Positions 20,021-30,529 of a DNA stretch of 64,000 nucleotides are shown here, one piece after another (position 1 is the first letter of the stretch; every line of letters begins with the position of its first letter). The position numbers and the translations under genes were made by a program. The notes below the pieces were generated by a model. That model saw only the letters and a list, made by a program, of their open reading frames with translations, did not search any database and was not told where the DNA came from. The DNA is from an uncultured bacterium. Lineage in GTDB: Bacteria; Fidelibacterota; Marinisomatia; Marinisomatales; JABMOV01. The stretch spans positions 14,037 to 78,036 of the forward strand of contig CAZZIU010000010.1 in assembly GCA_964654545.1 (NCBI GenBank), given 5' to 3'.

Positions 20021-20569
20021 ATGACTAGTGTTTTAGTACCGTTAGCCAATGGATTTGAAGAAATAGAAGCAGTTACAATTATTGATATTTTACGCCGGGC
20101 AGGTGCCAATGTGGTTACTGCTTGTTTGGATGAAAATATGGTGCAAGGCTCCCACGGAATACAGATGTTGGCAGATACGACATTACAAGAGGCCGGGGTC
20201 GAATCCTGGGATTTGGTAGTATTACCAGGCGGAGGACCGGGTACGGAAAAACTGGCAACCGACGAACGCATTTTAGAACTACTGCGAAATTGTAAAAACG
20301 ACGGAACACATATTGGGGCAATTTGTGCAGCCCCATATGTCCTAGATAAGGCGGGTGTAATAGAGCATATTGGTATCACCTCACATCCTGCCTGGAAGGA
20401 AAAGATATCAACCGGAAAGCATCATGGCAACCGATTGCAGGTTGCTGGTAATATTATCACAAGTCAATCTGCAGGTACCGCAATGGAATTTGCCTTTAAA
20501 CTGGTAGAAATATTGTTTGGCAAGGAGAAAGCTGCCGCCGTAAATAGTGGCGTTTTGGCAAATATATAA
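20021..20569 (+). CDS. DJ-1/PfpI family protein (YajL/ThiJ-like)
   Basis: GFEEIEAVTIIDILRRAG, LPGG, GAICAAP, ITSQSAGTAMEFA. Confidence 0.92.
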   Translation: MTSVLVPLANGFEEIEAVTIIDILRRAGANVVTACLDENMVQGSHGIQMLADTTLQEAGVESWDLVVLPGGGPGTEKLATDERILELLRNCKNDGTHIGAICAAPYVLDKAGVIEHIGITSHPAWKEKISTGKHHGNRLQVAGNIITSQSAGTAMEFAFKLVEILFGKEKAAAVNSGVLANI

Positions 20570-20580
20570 AGTCATAAAAA

Positions 20581-21243
20581 ATGAAAAAGCTCTATTTGTT
20601 TGACATCGACGGGACATTGCTGTCCCCGGGTCCCGTTGCCAGAAAAATCATCAATGAAGTCATCGAATCAGCAACCGGGGATAATTCCGATTTGCAGATT
20701 GAGGATGTGGCAGGATTAACCGATATTGTCATTATTAGAAATGCTTTGCAAAAACATGGTTTTGCTGGAATTCTCTCACAGAAAATTGAAGAAGTATTAC
20801 AGACCTATTTGGTCCGGTTTGAAAAAGAATATGCAAAATCTGACATGGCCTTCACCTACGATGATGCAATTCAGTATCTGGATTATGTAGAACATCAGGG
20901 ACATGCCAAAGCATTGTTAACAGGAAATGTACGTAGGGGGGCTGAAATCAAACTGGGGAAATTTAATTTATTTGATAGATTTTCCTTTGGAGCATTCGGG
21001 GACGATGCCGAAGACCGACTGGGCTTACCTATGGTAGCAAGAGAGCGCGCCTGGGATATTCTTACGGAAGCCTATCGTTATGATAACATGGTTATTGTAG
21101 GTGACACCCCACATGATGCACGTGTTGCAGACCACTATGGTATGGAATCAATTATCGTATGCCGAAAACCGGAATGGAAAGAAGAAATCCTTCAGGCGGG
21201 GGCAACGACAGTCGTTGATTCATTAGAAATCTTAATCCATTAA
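20581..21243 (+). CDS. HAD-superfamily hydrolase
   Basis: FDIDGTL, LTGN, VGDTPHD. Confidence 0.88.
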   Translation: MKKLYLFDIDGTLLSPGPVARKIINEVIESATGDNSDLQIEDVAGLTDIVIIRNALQKHGFAGILSQKIEEVLQTYLVRFEKEYAKSDMAFTYDDAIQYLDYVEHQGHAKALLTGNVRRGAEIKLGKFNLFDRFSFGAFGDDAEDRLGLPMVARERAWDILTEAYRYDNMVIVGDTPHDARVADHYGMESIIVCRKPEWKEEILQAGATTVVDSLEILIH

Positions 21244-21256
21244 TAAAGAGGAAAAC

Positions 21257-21664
21257 ATGCTTTTTCTTACATTAAAATCAATTCACATTTTCATGATTGC
21301 GTCATGGTTTGGGTTGGTGGTCATTCTTGATGTCATTTGGCGAAAGGCAGAATATCTGCAAGATGACAGCATTCAAGCTCTAACCCTGTGGATGGTAAAA
21401 CGCCTGGAGTTTTTTATCGGACTGCTGGTGCTAACGACAGGATTGATATTGATAGGGTATGATCCATCATTTTTAACGTTCGGCTGGTTGCACGTAAAGC
21501 TGACAATATGGGTAATTGTTTTCGGTTTGGGCCATGTGGTTAGAAGCAAACTGGAGAAGGTTAGCAAAAAGGGAGCAACCGGACGGGCATATATTTATTT
21601 CAATTGGTTCATCCTTGCCGGCCTCATTGGGGCGATTGTGATGGTTGAGCTAAAGCCTTTTTAA
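21257..21664 (+). CDS. Four-helix membrane protein (HemJ/CopD-like, uncertain)
   Basis: KSIHIF..SWFG, WLHVKLT, ELKPF C-terminus, four hydrophobic segments. Confidence 0.5.
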   Translation: MLFLTLKSIHIFMIASWFGLVVILDVIWRKAEYLQDDSIQALTLWMVKRLEFFIGLLVLTTGLILIGYDPSFLTFGWLHVKLTIWVIVFGLGHVVRSKLEKVSKKGATGRAYIYFNWFILAGLIGAIVMVELKPF

Positions 21665-23124
21665 TTGTTGGCTCTGATACCAATGGATTCAAGGGCAGTG
21701 TGCCAGGATGCAATTTTACTGTCACGTTGTTCCGCTATCATTTTCGGATGAAAAATGATATCATTATCTACCGTTACTTCCGGATGTGACCCAGTATCAA
21801 TTCGGTATAAAATATTGTAGACGCCCACGGCGGTTCGGTCTTTCACCGCTGAATGTCCAATTGGACGTCGCAATATATCAGCAATAAACTGTAAAAGAGC
21901 AGGCCTTGCACCGCCACCACTGGCAGTGATTAAAGCGTTACAGTCGCTGTGCTCAGCTTTCATCGATTCAACAATATCATTCACGAGCAATCCAATCGAT
22001 TCCATGCCGGCGCGTACAATATCATTTTCATTAAAACGTTCCAATTTGTATAGTACCGTTTCAAATTGGTCGGTCCAATAAGGAGCCGCCAATCCAATGA
22101 AGCCAGGGATTAAAATACCATCAGTGTGGTGTTGTTCGGCGCGCTTATGCCAGACCATTTCATGATGAGAAATTCCCAGTTCATTTTCCAACCAGTAGAA
22201 AAGAGAGTTACAGGCGTTTATTGTTCCCTCCAGAATATAAGAACGTGTAGCGCTATCTGACGTTAAGACGCTTGCGAGAAGGGCTGGGTTATGGACCGGC
22301 TTCCCCCCCGTATTTAATTGCACAGAACCAGAGGTACCAAAATTCATAGCGAGTGAATTTGGTAGCCATCCACCCTGACCGATGAGGGCGGCTTGTTGAT
22401 CGCCGACAACACAACTCAGGGGAAACGATAAATCATCTATTGTGATAATTCCATATGGCCAATTTGTTGCTACAAGAGGAGGTAACACATCAGGGTTCAC
22501 CTGAAAAACATCTAAAAGCTCTGGAGACCATTGTGCCGTATCAATATCCATAAGAGTGGACCTGCCGGCAATTGATTCATCCACGTATGCGTGTTGAGTA
22601 AAACAGTGCGTTAAGTATGCGCTAAGGGGACCAAACCAAACGGTTCCAGCTTTCACTTTATCCTTGAGTGATAAATCATGGGAGATTAAATGAAGAAACT
22701 TTGGACCACCGAAATGGGCACTTAGTGGTACTCCCGTCACCGATCGGATCATACTGGAATCAGGCTTGAGGGCATCAACAATTTCTTTTGCCCTGCTATC
22801 CTGCCAATTTAATGCCGGTGACAGAGTCGCTTTGGATTTCTTATCCCAAAACAAAAACGTTGACCGCTGAACGGTGAACCCGCAATGCAGTATTGCACCA
22901 CCCCGATCAGTAACAAATCTTACTGCTTTTCTTAGCAGGCGGTAGCAGGATTGAAAAGTATCACGTGCATCGCTCTCAACATGAAATGGAGCCGGACGAC
23001 GAAGGGAATGTTTCTCGCGATGGGTAAATGCAATTGCACCAGTTTTTGTAATAACAAAAACTTTGGAGGAGGAGGTTCCAGAATCCAAAACAATATAAAA
23101 CTCGCTGGTCGCAGAAAATGTCAT
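21661..23124 (-). CDS. FGGY carbohydrate kinase, glycerol-kinase-like but divergent
   Basis: LDSGTSSSK, NWQDSR, VVGDQQAALIGQ, FGTSG, YILEG, GLAAPYW. Confidence 0.8.
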   Translation of the reverse strand: MTFSATSEFYIVLDSGTSSSKVFVITKTGAIAFTHREKHSLRRPAPFHVESDARDTFQSCYRLLRKAVRFVTDRGGAILHCGFTVQRSTFLFWDKKSKATLSPALNWQDSRAKEIVDALKPDSSMIRSVTGVPLSAHFGGPKFLHLISHDLSLKDKVKAGTVWFGPLSAYLTHCFTQHAYVDESIAGRSTLMDIDTAQWSPELLDVFQVNPDVLPPLVATNWPYGIITIDDLSFPLSCVVGDQQAALIGQGGWLPNSLAMNFGTSGSVQLNTGGKPVHNPALLASVLTSDSATRSYILEGTINACNSLFYWLENELGISHHEMVWHKRAEQHHTDGILIPGFIGLAAPYWTDQFETVLYKLERFNENDIVRAGMESIGLLVNDIVESMKAEHSDCNALITASGGGARPALLQFIADILRRPIGHSAVKDRTAVGVYNILYRIDTGSHPEVTVDNDIIFHPKMIAEQRDSKIASWHTALESIGIRANN

Positions 23125-23300
23125 GGTTGAAGTTTTAGGGTTTCACTATTTGGTACAAGTAAAATATTTCCTTTTGCAGAATGAAAGAAGCAATTTAGAT
23201 AAACTAAACTATATTCCGGCAGAAGGAATCTTCTTGATTTTCGTCGATAAATCAACCAATTTGCACCCAATCTGTTTTCACTAATTGGGAGAAATTCAGA

Positions 23301-23897
23301 ATGTCCAAGGAAATTAAATCAGGAATTGGCTACATCATTCCGGCAGGCGCTTTGGCCGGATATGTAATCGCATCGTTTTCCGGACTCTACCTGATAAGCA
23401 TTGTTTTCGCTGTTATTGGCATCCTGGGATGGTTCCTATACGCACTGGTCATGGATCTGAAACTTCCTGACACGATGGGAAATATGGTTATTGTTTTTGC
23501 TTTGTTGATTGGAATTGGAATATTCATGTCATATGGTATAGAGCAGGATATTTTTGGCGGATACATGTTTAAAGTGGATGGAACTATATTTTCACTATTG
23601 GTTGTTTTATTTGGTGTCATGGGGGGCATTTTATTTAACCGCAGCCGCAATGAAATACCAACAGACCTTTCTGCCGAAGACAAGGAATTGGTGAAAGCAG
23701 CTTTACAAACATCTGATGAAGGTGGGCCAGATCCCAAAATCATTGTGGTAAAACAGGAATCAGCGGCAAGCAATGAGGATGAGGATGAAGATGATTCCTA
23801 TCCGGGATACTACCCGCCGGAAGACTATTACTACGACGATGATGATGAGGAGTATGAAGACGAGGATGAATGGGAAGAAGAGGACGAAGAAGACTAA
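23301..23897 (+). CDS. Hypothetical four-TM membrane protein with Asp/Glu/Tyr-rich tail
   Basis: RBS GGAG upstream; four hydrophobic segments; extreme acidic C-terminus. Confidence 0.7.
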   Translation: MSKEIKSGIGYIIPAGALAGYVIASFSGLYLISIVFAVIGILGWFLYALVMDLKLPDTMGNMVIVFALLIGIGIFMSYGIEQDIFGGYMFKVDGTIFSLLVVLFGVMGGILFNRSRNEIPTDLSAEDKELVKAALQTSDEGGPDPKIIVVKQESAASNEDEDEDDSYPGYYPPEDYYYDDDDEEYEDEDEWEEEDEED

Positions 23898-23900
23898 CGT

Positions 23901-25004
23901 TCACACGTTAAACTTAAAGTAGATACAATCCCCATCTTTTACTTTGTATTCTTTTCCTTCTAGTTGAGCCAACCCCGCCTCCTTTACAGCCTGTTCGCTG
24001 CCCAACCGTATCAAATCATTATATTTAATCACTTCTGCTTTTATAAATCCACGCTGAAAGTCCGTATGAATCTCCCCTGCTGCCTCAGGTGCTGTTGCCC
24101 CCATCTTTATTGTCCAGGCTCGAACTTCTTTTGGTCCTCCCGTGAAAAATGTTTCGAGGCCAAGCAATTTAAATCCGGCATGAATCAGTTTATCCAACCC
24201 CGGTTCCGGCATGTGGTATTCATCTAAAAACAATTGCTTGTCTTCACCATCCAGTAATGCAATTTCCTGCTCTAATTTCCCGCAAAGTCGAATGGCCAAA
24301 TTATTTTCCGCTGCCGAGAAATTGAATAACCGCTGCACCAAATCATTTCGTTGGGTGCTCTGAATTTCAATTTCATCCACATTGGCAACGTACAATATTG
24401 GTTTACGTGTCATAAGAAACATAGATCGAACAATCGCGAGCTCTTCAGGTGTTGTCAGCTGAAAAGAACGAGCCATTTTTCCTGCATCCAGATGGTGAAT
24501 GAGCGCTTCCGTAATGGCGACTTCCTGCTTGGATTTTTTGTCACCGGTTTTTGCCTGTTTACTTTGGCGGTTAAAGCGCCTGTTTAATGTTTCCAGATCA
24601 GCAAGCAATAATTCGGTTTCAATAAGTTCAGCATCACGAATAGGATCCACTGACCCTTCCACATGGGTGATATTTTCATCTTCAAAACAGCGAATAACAT
24701 GAACAATCGCACCAACCTGCCGTATCTGTCCTAAAAATTGGTTGCCCAGACCTTCACCTTTACTGGCTCCACGAACCAGGCCAGCAATATCCGTAAACTC
24801 AACTGTTGCAGGGGTGACTTTTTCAGGATTAAAAATAGTCCTTAGTTCTTCGAGCCTGGGATCGGGTAATGGAACAATTCCCACATGCGGTTCGATTGTG
24901 CAGAATGGGTAATTTTCTGCTGGGACGGAAGAGGCTGTTAAGGCATTAAATATCGTAGATTTACCGACATTGGGAAGCCCAATGATTCCACATCGAAGCG
25001 CCAT
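23901..25004 (-). CDS. ychF: Redox-regulated ATPase YchF
   Basis: GLPNVGKST, NYPFCTIEP, DIAGLVRGASKGEGLGNQFL, IHTDFQRGFIKAE. Confidence 0.98.
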   Translation of the reverse strand: MALRCGIIGLPNVGKSTIFNALTASSVPAENYPFCTIEPHVGIVPLPDPRLEELRTIFNPEKVTPATVEFTDIAGLVRGASKGEGLGNQFLGQIRQVGAIVHVIRCFEDENITHVEGSVDPIRDAELIETELLLADLETLNRRFNRQSKQAKTGDKKSKQEVAITEALIHHLDAGKMARSFQLTTPEELAIVRSMFLMTRKPILYVANVDEIEIQSTQRNDLVQRLFNFSAAENNLAIRLCGKLEQEIALLDGEDKQLFLDEYHMPEPGLDKLIHAGFKLLGLETFFTGGPKEVRAWTIKMGATAPEAAGEIHTDFQRGFIKAEVIKYNDLIRLGSEQAVKEAGLAQLEGKEYKVKDGDCIYFKFNV

Positions 25005-25019
25005 ATTGTTGAATTCCTG

Positions 25020-25562
25020 TTAAAATGTATCCAGTGCCGGATCGCTGCCAAAGTCGTAGGTAAGATTATCAAATAATCCAACCTGAAGATTTTTTGCAAA
25101 ATATATTACTTTGTTCTTCACACGTAATTCTGCGTCACCCCAGGCCATATAGACCGGCTTGGTGATTAATTTTTTTATATCGATGATATAATTAATTTTA
25201 TCGTGGTATGGACGAACTTGTCCCTTAAATTTTAAATCCTGAACGCCAAGTGCTCTTCCGCGGCCCTCACCGCCAACCCAGGATAAAAAGAAACCAATTA
25301 ATTGCCAGAACCCATCAAGACCAAGACAGCCGGGCATGACTGGATCGCCCTTAAAATGGCAATGAAAGAACCAATTGGATGATTCAATATCCATTTCTGC
25401 CCGGATTTGCCCCTTATCATATTTTCCGCCCTTATCGGAAATATGAAGAATGCGATCAATCATGAGCATCGGCGGCTTGGGAAGTTTTCCATTTTTCATC
25501 CCGAAAAACAATCCTTCGGCGACTTTCAAGAGCTCTTCTTTTGTGAATGAGGATTTTTTCAT
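25020..25562 (-). CDS. fabA: 3-hydroxydecanoyl-ACP dehydratase/isomerase
   Basis: LPKPPMLMIDRI, WFFHCHFKGDPVMPGCLGLD (His/Asp dyad of FabA, not the Glu of FabZ), GRGRALGV, KFKGQV. Confidence 0.9.
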   Translation of the reverse strand: MKKSSFTKEELLKVAEGLFFGMKNGKLPKPPMLMIDRILHISDKGGKYDKGQIRAEMDIESSNWFFHCHFKGDPVMPGCLGLDGFWQLIGFFLSWVGGEGRGRALGVQDLKFKGQVRPYHDKINYIIDIKKLITKPVYMAWGDAELRVKNKVIYFAKNLQVGLFDNLTYDFGSDPALDTF

Positions 25563-25756
25563 TATTTATTCAATTTTATGTTAGAGAGTGTAGGCGAGAG
25601 TACGGATTTTTTCAAGTAGAGAACAGAAAAATTTACCGCATAATCAACAATATTTATGTAGGTTTGTAAGTTTATTATGGGAATCAAAAAGGAATTCTGA
25701 ATTGGGAAATATTAGCACCGACATACTCACATTCTAAAAATATAGAAACAGCCAAG

Positions 25757-27298
25757 ATGACAATTGTATATACTGCAGAAAAAATAAAGGGCCACAATGG
25801 GTCCAATGCAATCTTGTGTGAGAATGGAAAAATCACCGCAATTGGAAGGAGAGGGGATTTTTCAAATCACAAAACGGTTGAGCTGCGAGGATCAATATAC
25901 CCCGGGTTTATCGATTCTCATTTACATTTGCTGGGCCTGGGATGGTCGATGGAAGCATTGGATTTGCGAGGAATGAAATCCCCTGAAGAAATTGCAGCAA
26001 AAGTACAAAAAGCGACAGAATCGGCTGCGCACGGTCAGTGGATTGAGGGTCGTGGCTGGGATCAAAATTTATGGAAGGGCATCCATTTTCCAACGAGAGA
26101 GAAGCTGGACAAAGTTGCACCCTACAATCCAGTCTATTTACGACGAATTGATGGACATGCTGGCTGGACAAATACACTGGGATTGAAATTCGCCGGTATC
26201 ACAGAAATGACACCTGATCCAGAGGGTGGAAATATTCTAAAAGATAAAAAGGGAAACCCAACCGGGATATTAATTGATAAAGCAGAGGAATTGGTGCTTG
26301 AAGTAATTCCCGAACCGGATGCTGCCAGCAAAAGAAGACAGATTCAAAAAGCCATTGTCTATCTGAATTCATTGGGAATTACTGCGGTTCATGACGCAGG
26401 CACGAATAGTAAAACGATAGATATTTTAGCAGAGCTGGAGATGCAGGAAAAGTTGACTCTGCGAGTATCTGTTATGCTAGAGAACAATAATGCAACTTTA
26501 AGTCAGTATGTGAAAAAGGGACCAGTCGCGACAGAGTTTATTAGGATCCAAGCGGTAAAAATATATTTGGATGGTGCCATGGGAAGTCGTGGAGCTGCAA
26601 TGCTGGTACCCTATTCAGATGATCACTCAAATTCCGGATTGCTCCTGGATTCAAAGGAAAACGTATTGACAAAAGTAAAAGAATATAATAGTGCTGGTTT
26701 TCAGGTATGTATACACGCAATTGGTGACCGAGCCAATCGCATGGCTTTGGATATATATGAAAGGGTTGGATTAAAACAAAGGCGAAACCGTATTGAGCAT
26801 GCCCAAAATATTGATCCGTTCGATATTCCAAGATTCGCTAATTTTGGAGTAATTCCCGCGATGCAACCTACCCATTGTACCAGTGATATGGGGTGGATTC
26901 ATAAACGCCTAGGTACTGGCCGTCTGGAGAATGCCTATCCATGGAAAGCACTTCTTAACAGCGGATCCATTATTGCGGGCGGGTCGGACGCTCCCATTGA
27001 ATCACCCAATCCGTTGCAAGGTATTTATGCAGCCGTAACCCGTCAGGATCAAAATGGGTATCCAGAAAAAGGCTGGTTGGCACAACATTGTGTATCCATC
27101 GACGAAGCAGTAAAAATGTATACCGAATGGGCAGCAACCGGCGCAGGAATGGAAGACATTCAGGGTAAAATTGCGCCAGGCTACTATGCGGATTTCACAG
27201 TATTGAGTAGCGAATTTGATACTAATCATCCTCAATCCATAATTAACACAGAGGTGTTAGCTACAATCGTAAATGGAAAAATTGTGCATAAAGCATGA
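25757..27298 (+). CDS. Amidohydrolase 3 family (YtcJ-like)
   Basis: PGFIDSHLH, DGHAGWTN, CIHAIGDRAN, RIEHAQ, GSDAP. Confidence 0.9.
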   Translation: MTIVYTAEKIKGHNGSNAILCENGKITAIGRRGDFSNHKTVELRGSIYPGFIDSHLHLLGLGWSMEALDLRGMKSPEEIAAKVQKATESAAHGQWIEGRGWDQNLWKGIHFPTREKLDKVAPYNPVYLRRIDGHAGWTNTLGLKFAGITEMTPDPEGGNILKDKKGNPTGILIDKAEELVLEVIPEPDAASKRRQIQKAIVYLNSLGITAVHDAGTNSKTIDILAELEMQEKLTLRVSVMLENNNATLSQYVKKGPVATEFIRIQAVKIYLDGAMGSRGAAMLVPYSDDHSNSGLLLDSKENVLTKVKEYNSAGFQVCIHAIGDRANRMALDIYERVGLKQRRNRIEHAQNIDPFDIPRFANFGVIPAMQPTHCTSDMGWIHKRLGTGRLENAYPWKALLNSGSIIAGGSDAPIESPNPLQGIYAAVTRQDQNGYPEKGWLAQHCVSIDEAVKMYTEWAATGAGMEDIQGKIAPGYYADFTVLSSEFDTNHPQSIINTEVLATIVNGKIVHKA

Positions 27299-28044
27299 AA
27301 CCAATCACTCAGAACCAACTTAAGCTGATACGATCGCTTCATCAAAAAAAATTCAGGGATTTACATCGCAAATATATCCTGGAGGGTAGCAGACTGATTG
27401 CAGAAGCAGTCAACGCGGGAGCTGTACTGCAGGGGGTGTTTATACGCCAAGGGGATGTACCAACACACGCGACTCTTTTGGATGAGATTTCATTATCCGG
27501 TACGCCTCTCTATGAAGCGTCAGAAAAGCAGATTGGCGATATCTCGGACACCACCACACCGTCAGGTATTATGGCTGTTTGTTCAATAGAAAATGGGCAG
27601 GTGTCCTGTGATGGGAACTGGCTCTATTTTGACGGTTTGCGAGATCCGGGGAATGCCGGGACGTTAATGAGGACCGCTGCATGGTTTGGGTGCAAAAATG
27701 TCTGCTTTTCTGCTAACAGTGTGGATCCATATAACCCGAAAACGGTCCGCTCTGGAATGGGAGCCCATTTCTATCTTAATATTGTAATTGATGCCAACAT
27801 TACGTCCCTGTCAAAAGATGCAACCCTCCTGGGAGCCGGATTAAACGGATTGCCAGTAAATGAAACAAAAATAAATGATCCCTGGGTCGTTGCCATTGGA
27901 AGTGAGGCCCATGGATTGTCGGATAAAATTTTACAGTCGGTACATCAAATAGTTACCATATCGGGTAAAGGGCAGGGCGAGTCGCTAAATGCCGCCATTG
28001 CAGGGAGTATAATATTGTATACCTTACAGAAAAATGATTTATAG
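27295..28044 (+). CDS. TrmH/SpoU family RNA methyltransferase
   Basis: RDPGNAGTLMRTAAWFG, DPYNPKTVRSGMGA, IGSEAHG, ESLNAAIA. Confidence 0.92.
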   Translation: MKPITQNQLKLIRSLHQKKFRDLHRKYILEGSRLIAEAVNAGAVLQGVFIRQGDVPTHATLLDEISLSGTPLYEASEKQIGDISDTTTPSGIMAVCSIENGQVSCDGNWLYFDGLRDPGNAGTLMRTAAWFGCKNVCFSANSVDPYNPKTVRSGMGAHFYLNIVIDANITSLSKDATLLGAGLNGLPVNETKINDPWVVAIGSEAHGLSDKILQSVHQIVTISGKGQGESLNAAIAGSIILYTLQKNDL

Positions 28045-28836
28045 ATGAATTACCTGAGCAGCAGGAATTGACGCACCCAAAAACCGGCTGGCGACAGATT
28101 CAAACCGGGCAGGCAGATCCGTAACGTAGCATTTAAAATTGCCTTGATCTCCATCAGACCCCAAACGTTTATTAGTCAATAAACGGGTGGTGCTGGCGGC
28201 AACTTCGGAAGCTGAATCCACCAATACGGTGCCATTCTTAACAAAGGATTGGAGGGCAGGTTTCAGCAATGGATAATGCGTACATCCCAGAACCAAGGTA
28301 TCAATGGAAGAGGCATCAATGGGTTGTATGTATTCTTTAATAATTTGCTCAACGATTGGGCCATCCAGCCAACCTTCTTCCACGAGCGGCACAAAAAGAG
28401 GGCAAGGTCTGGCAGAAATCACCAAATCAGGTCGAGCATATAGCAACCCGTTTTGATACGCATTGGAGGCGATTGTGGCTATCGTTCCAATCACACCCAC
28501 ATGGCCATTTTTTGTAGATTTTAGTGCCGCCGAGACACCCGGTTTGATCACGCCAAGTATTGGAACGTCAAACTGCGCATGTAAATATTTTAATGCCAGC
28601 GCCGATGCAGTATTACACGCCACGACGATAAGTTTCGCATCTTGGCTGAGTAAGAATTCTGTTATTTGTCGCGAATATTCCTGAACGGTCTCTGCGCTTT
28701 TATTTCCATAAGGAACCCGGGCAGTGTCTCCCACATAAACGATTGATTCTCCGGGAAGTGCCTCACGAATGGCACGAACCACTGTTAATCCACCGAGTCC
28801 TGAGTCGAAAATACCTATGGGGCGGAAATCGGGCAT
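28039..28836 (-). CDS. murI: Glutamate racemase
   Basis: GIFDSGLGGLTV, VACNTAS, LGCTHYP. Confidence 0.97.
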   Translation of the reverse strand: MPDFRPIGIFDSGLGGLTVVRAIREALPGESIVYVGDTARVPYGNKSAETVQEYSRQITEFLLSQDAKLIVVACNTASALALKYLHAQFDVPILGVIKPGVSAALKSTKNGHVGVIGTIATIASNAYQNGLLYARPDLVISARPCPLFVPLVEEGWLDGPIVEQIIKEYIQPIDASSIDTLVLGCTHYPLLKPALQSFVKNGTVLVDSASEVAASTTRLLTNKRLGSDGDQGNFKCYVTDLPARFESVASRFLGASIPAAQVIHL

Positions 28837-30320
28837 TATCCTTCGGCCAAAACCTGTTCCCGGGTATCTTTAAAATTGATAATTGCGGTGTAAATGCTTT
28901 CTGCAATTTTTTGACGGTGTGACGATTTTTTCAGGTTTCGCTCTTCCGTTGGATTCGAGAGAAACCCTGCTTCAACCAAAACGTTCGGCATGCTGGCGCC
29001 AATCAAGACATAAAACCCGGCCTGCTTTACACCGCGGTTTTTTGAATCAACTCTTTTATCCAGCTCAGTTTGGATGATTGCAGCAAGATCTTCGCTTTCT
29101 TTCATAAACATGGATTGCGCCATGGTGGCCATTATGAGATTTGCGCCTGAAAGTTCTGCGTAAGGATCTTCATTGCGATCCTCAAGTCGAATAACCCCAT
29201 TTTCCCTTGATGCCACTTCGATTGCATCATCCGTTTTTCCGGGTCGAAGAAGATACGTTTCAAAACCCTTGGCATTGCGATTTGGGTTGGAATTCACGTG
29301 GACTGACAGAAAGATTTTACCATTGCTCTCATTCGCAATTTTAGTTCGTTTCCAAAGCGGGATAAACACATCTTCATCCCGTGTATATACCACTTTAATA
29401 TTGGTGTTTTTTTCCAGCAATAAGCCAAGCCGTTTTGTGATATCCAACGTAACATCTTTTTCCTTGGTCCCATACTTACCAACCGTGCCGCCATCTTTTC
29501 CACCATGCCCCGCATCGAGGACGATAGTATCCAATCGCCAGCGATCTTTAACGTCCTTGATACGGTTCGCGCTTTTAGATAATGGCGTGCGTAACGTAAT
29601 AACAAGTTCACTTGGATCTGAATTCTGATAAAATTCATGGCCTTCAATCTCTGATCGTAACTGAAAAGCCAATTGGACAGATTCGTCCATTTGATCTGCA
29701 GAAATCCGACGGACAACCCCACGGGTTGTGGAACGTTTCACTGCTATTGTGTCAACAAAGCCACCCTTCACGGTGACATAAAACCAGCCGTTATTATGTT
29801 TAAATGTGCTGATATTTCTTTCGTCGAACACCTCACGAGTTTGAATCCGAAGGATCGTCCCATTCGCTTTTTCATCAATGTCAATACCCGTAATGTTAAA
29901 TGTCAGGAGGTCAATATCAAGAATATGTCTGTCACCATCATAAACAATCCCTGGCATTATGGTATTGCGAATGATATGGAAAAATGCTTCGGCTGGTAAA
30001 AAAATGTCGTCTTTTTGTAATATTGATGGCACGGGCATTTGATAAACCTGCTCCCCGACCATGACAAAGCTGGTACCGGCAGAGAGCTTAATGCGGTGTT
30101 CTCCCACATACAGCACCATTTTTTGTCGATCAGCATTGTAGTACGGTTTGTGGGCTGTGATAATATCGGAAAATCCGCGTGCAGAAATATAGGTACTCGA
30201 TACCCCGGCAAGCGTATGGAGTTCAGTTGTTGATTGATCCAACCGATTTATCACCTGAACGGGAGAGGCCATGACGGCTCCCGTAATAAGAAGAAATAGA
30301 ATTGCTAATCGCTTTATCAT
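28836..30320 (-). CDS. N-acetylmuramoyl-L-alanine amidase (Amidase_3) with N-terminal AMIN-like domains
   Basis: VLDAGHGGKDGG, FLSVHVNS, VLVEAGFLSN. Start placed at MIKRLAILF (30320) from the signal peptide. Confidence 0.9.
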   Translation of the reverse strand: MIKRLAILFLLITGAVMASPVQVINRLDQSTTELHTLAGVSSTYISARGFSDIITAHKPYYNADRQKMVLYVGEHRIKLSAGTSFVMVGEQVYQMPVPSILQKDDIFLPAEAFFHIIRNTIMPGIVYDGDRHILDIDLLTFNITGIDIDEKANGTILRIQTREVFDERNISTFKHNNGWFYVTVKGGFVDTIAVKRSTTRGVVRRISADQMDESVQLAFQLRSEIEGHEFYQNSDPSELVITLRTPLSKSANRIKDVKDRWRLDTIVLDAGHGGKDGGTVGKYGTKEKDVTLDITKRLGLLLEKNTNIKVVYTRDEDVFIPLWKRTKIANESNGKIFLSVHVNSNPNRNAKGFETYLLRPGKTDDAIEVASRENGVIRLEDRNEDPYAELSGANLIMATMAQSMFMKESEDLAAIIQTELDKRVDSKNRGVKQAGFYVLIGASMPNVLVEAGFLSNPTEERNLKKSSHRQKIAESIYTAIINFKDTREQVLAEG

Positions 30321-30529
30321 GAGGGTGAAAATAGACGGTGCGGAGCAACCCCCGCAATGATTTTCCTGCCTTGGTTTTACATCTTTAAAATTCATCAGTA
30401 ATTCTAAAATTTACCTTTGATAGACACAATGGTGTAGTTTATTAAAACAAAAAACCGATAAATTTTGAGAAGAGATTTCTCAATTATTCCAACTGTATAA
30501 TCAAAAAGCCATAAACATCGGGGGACAGA

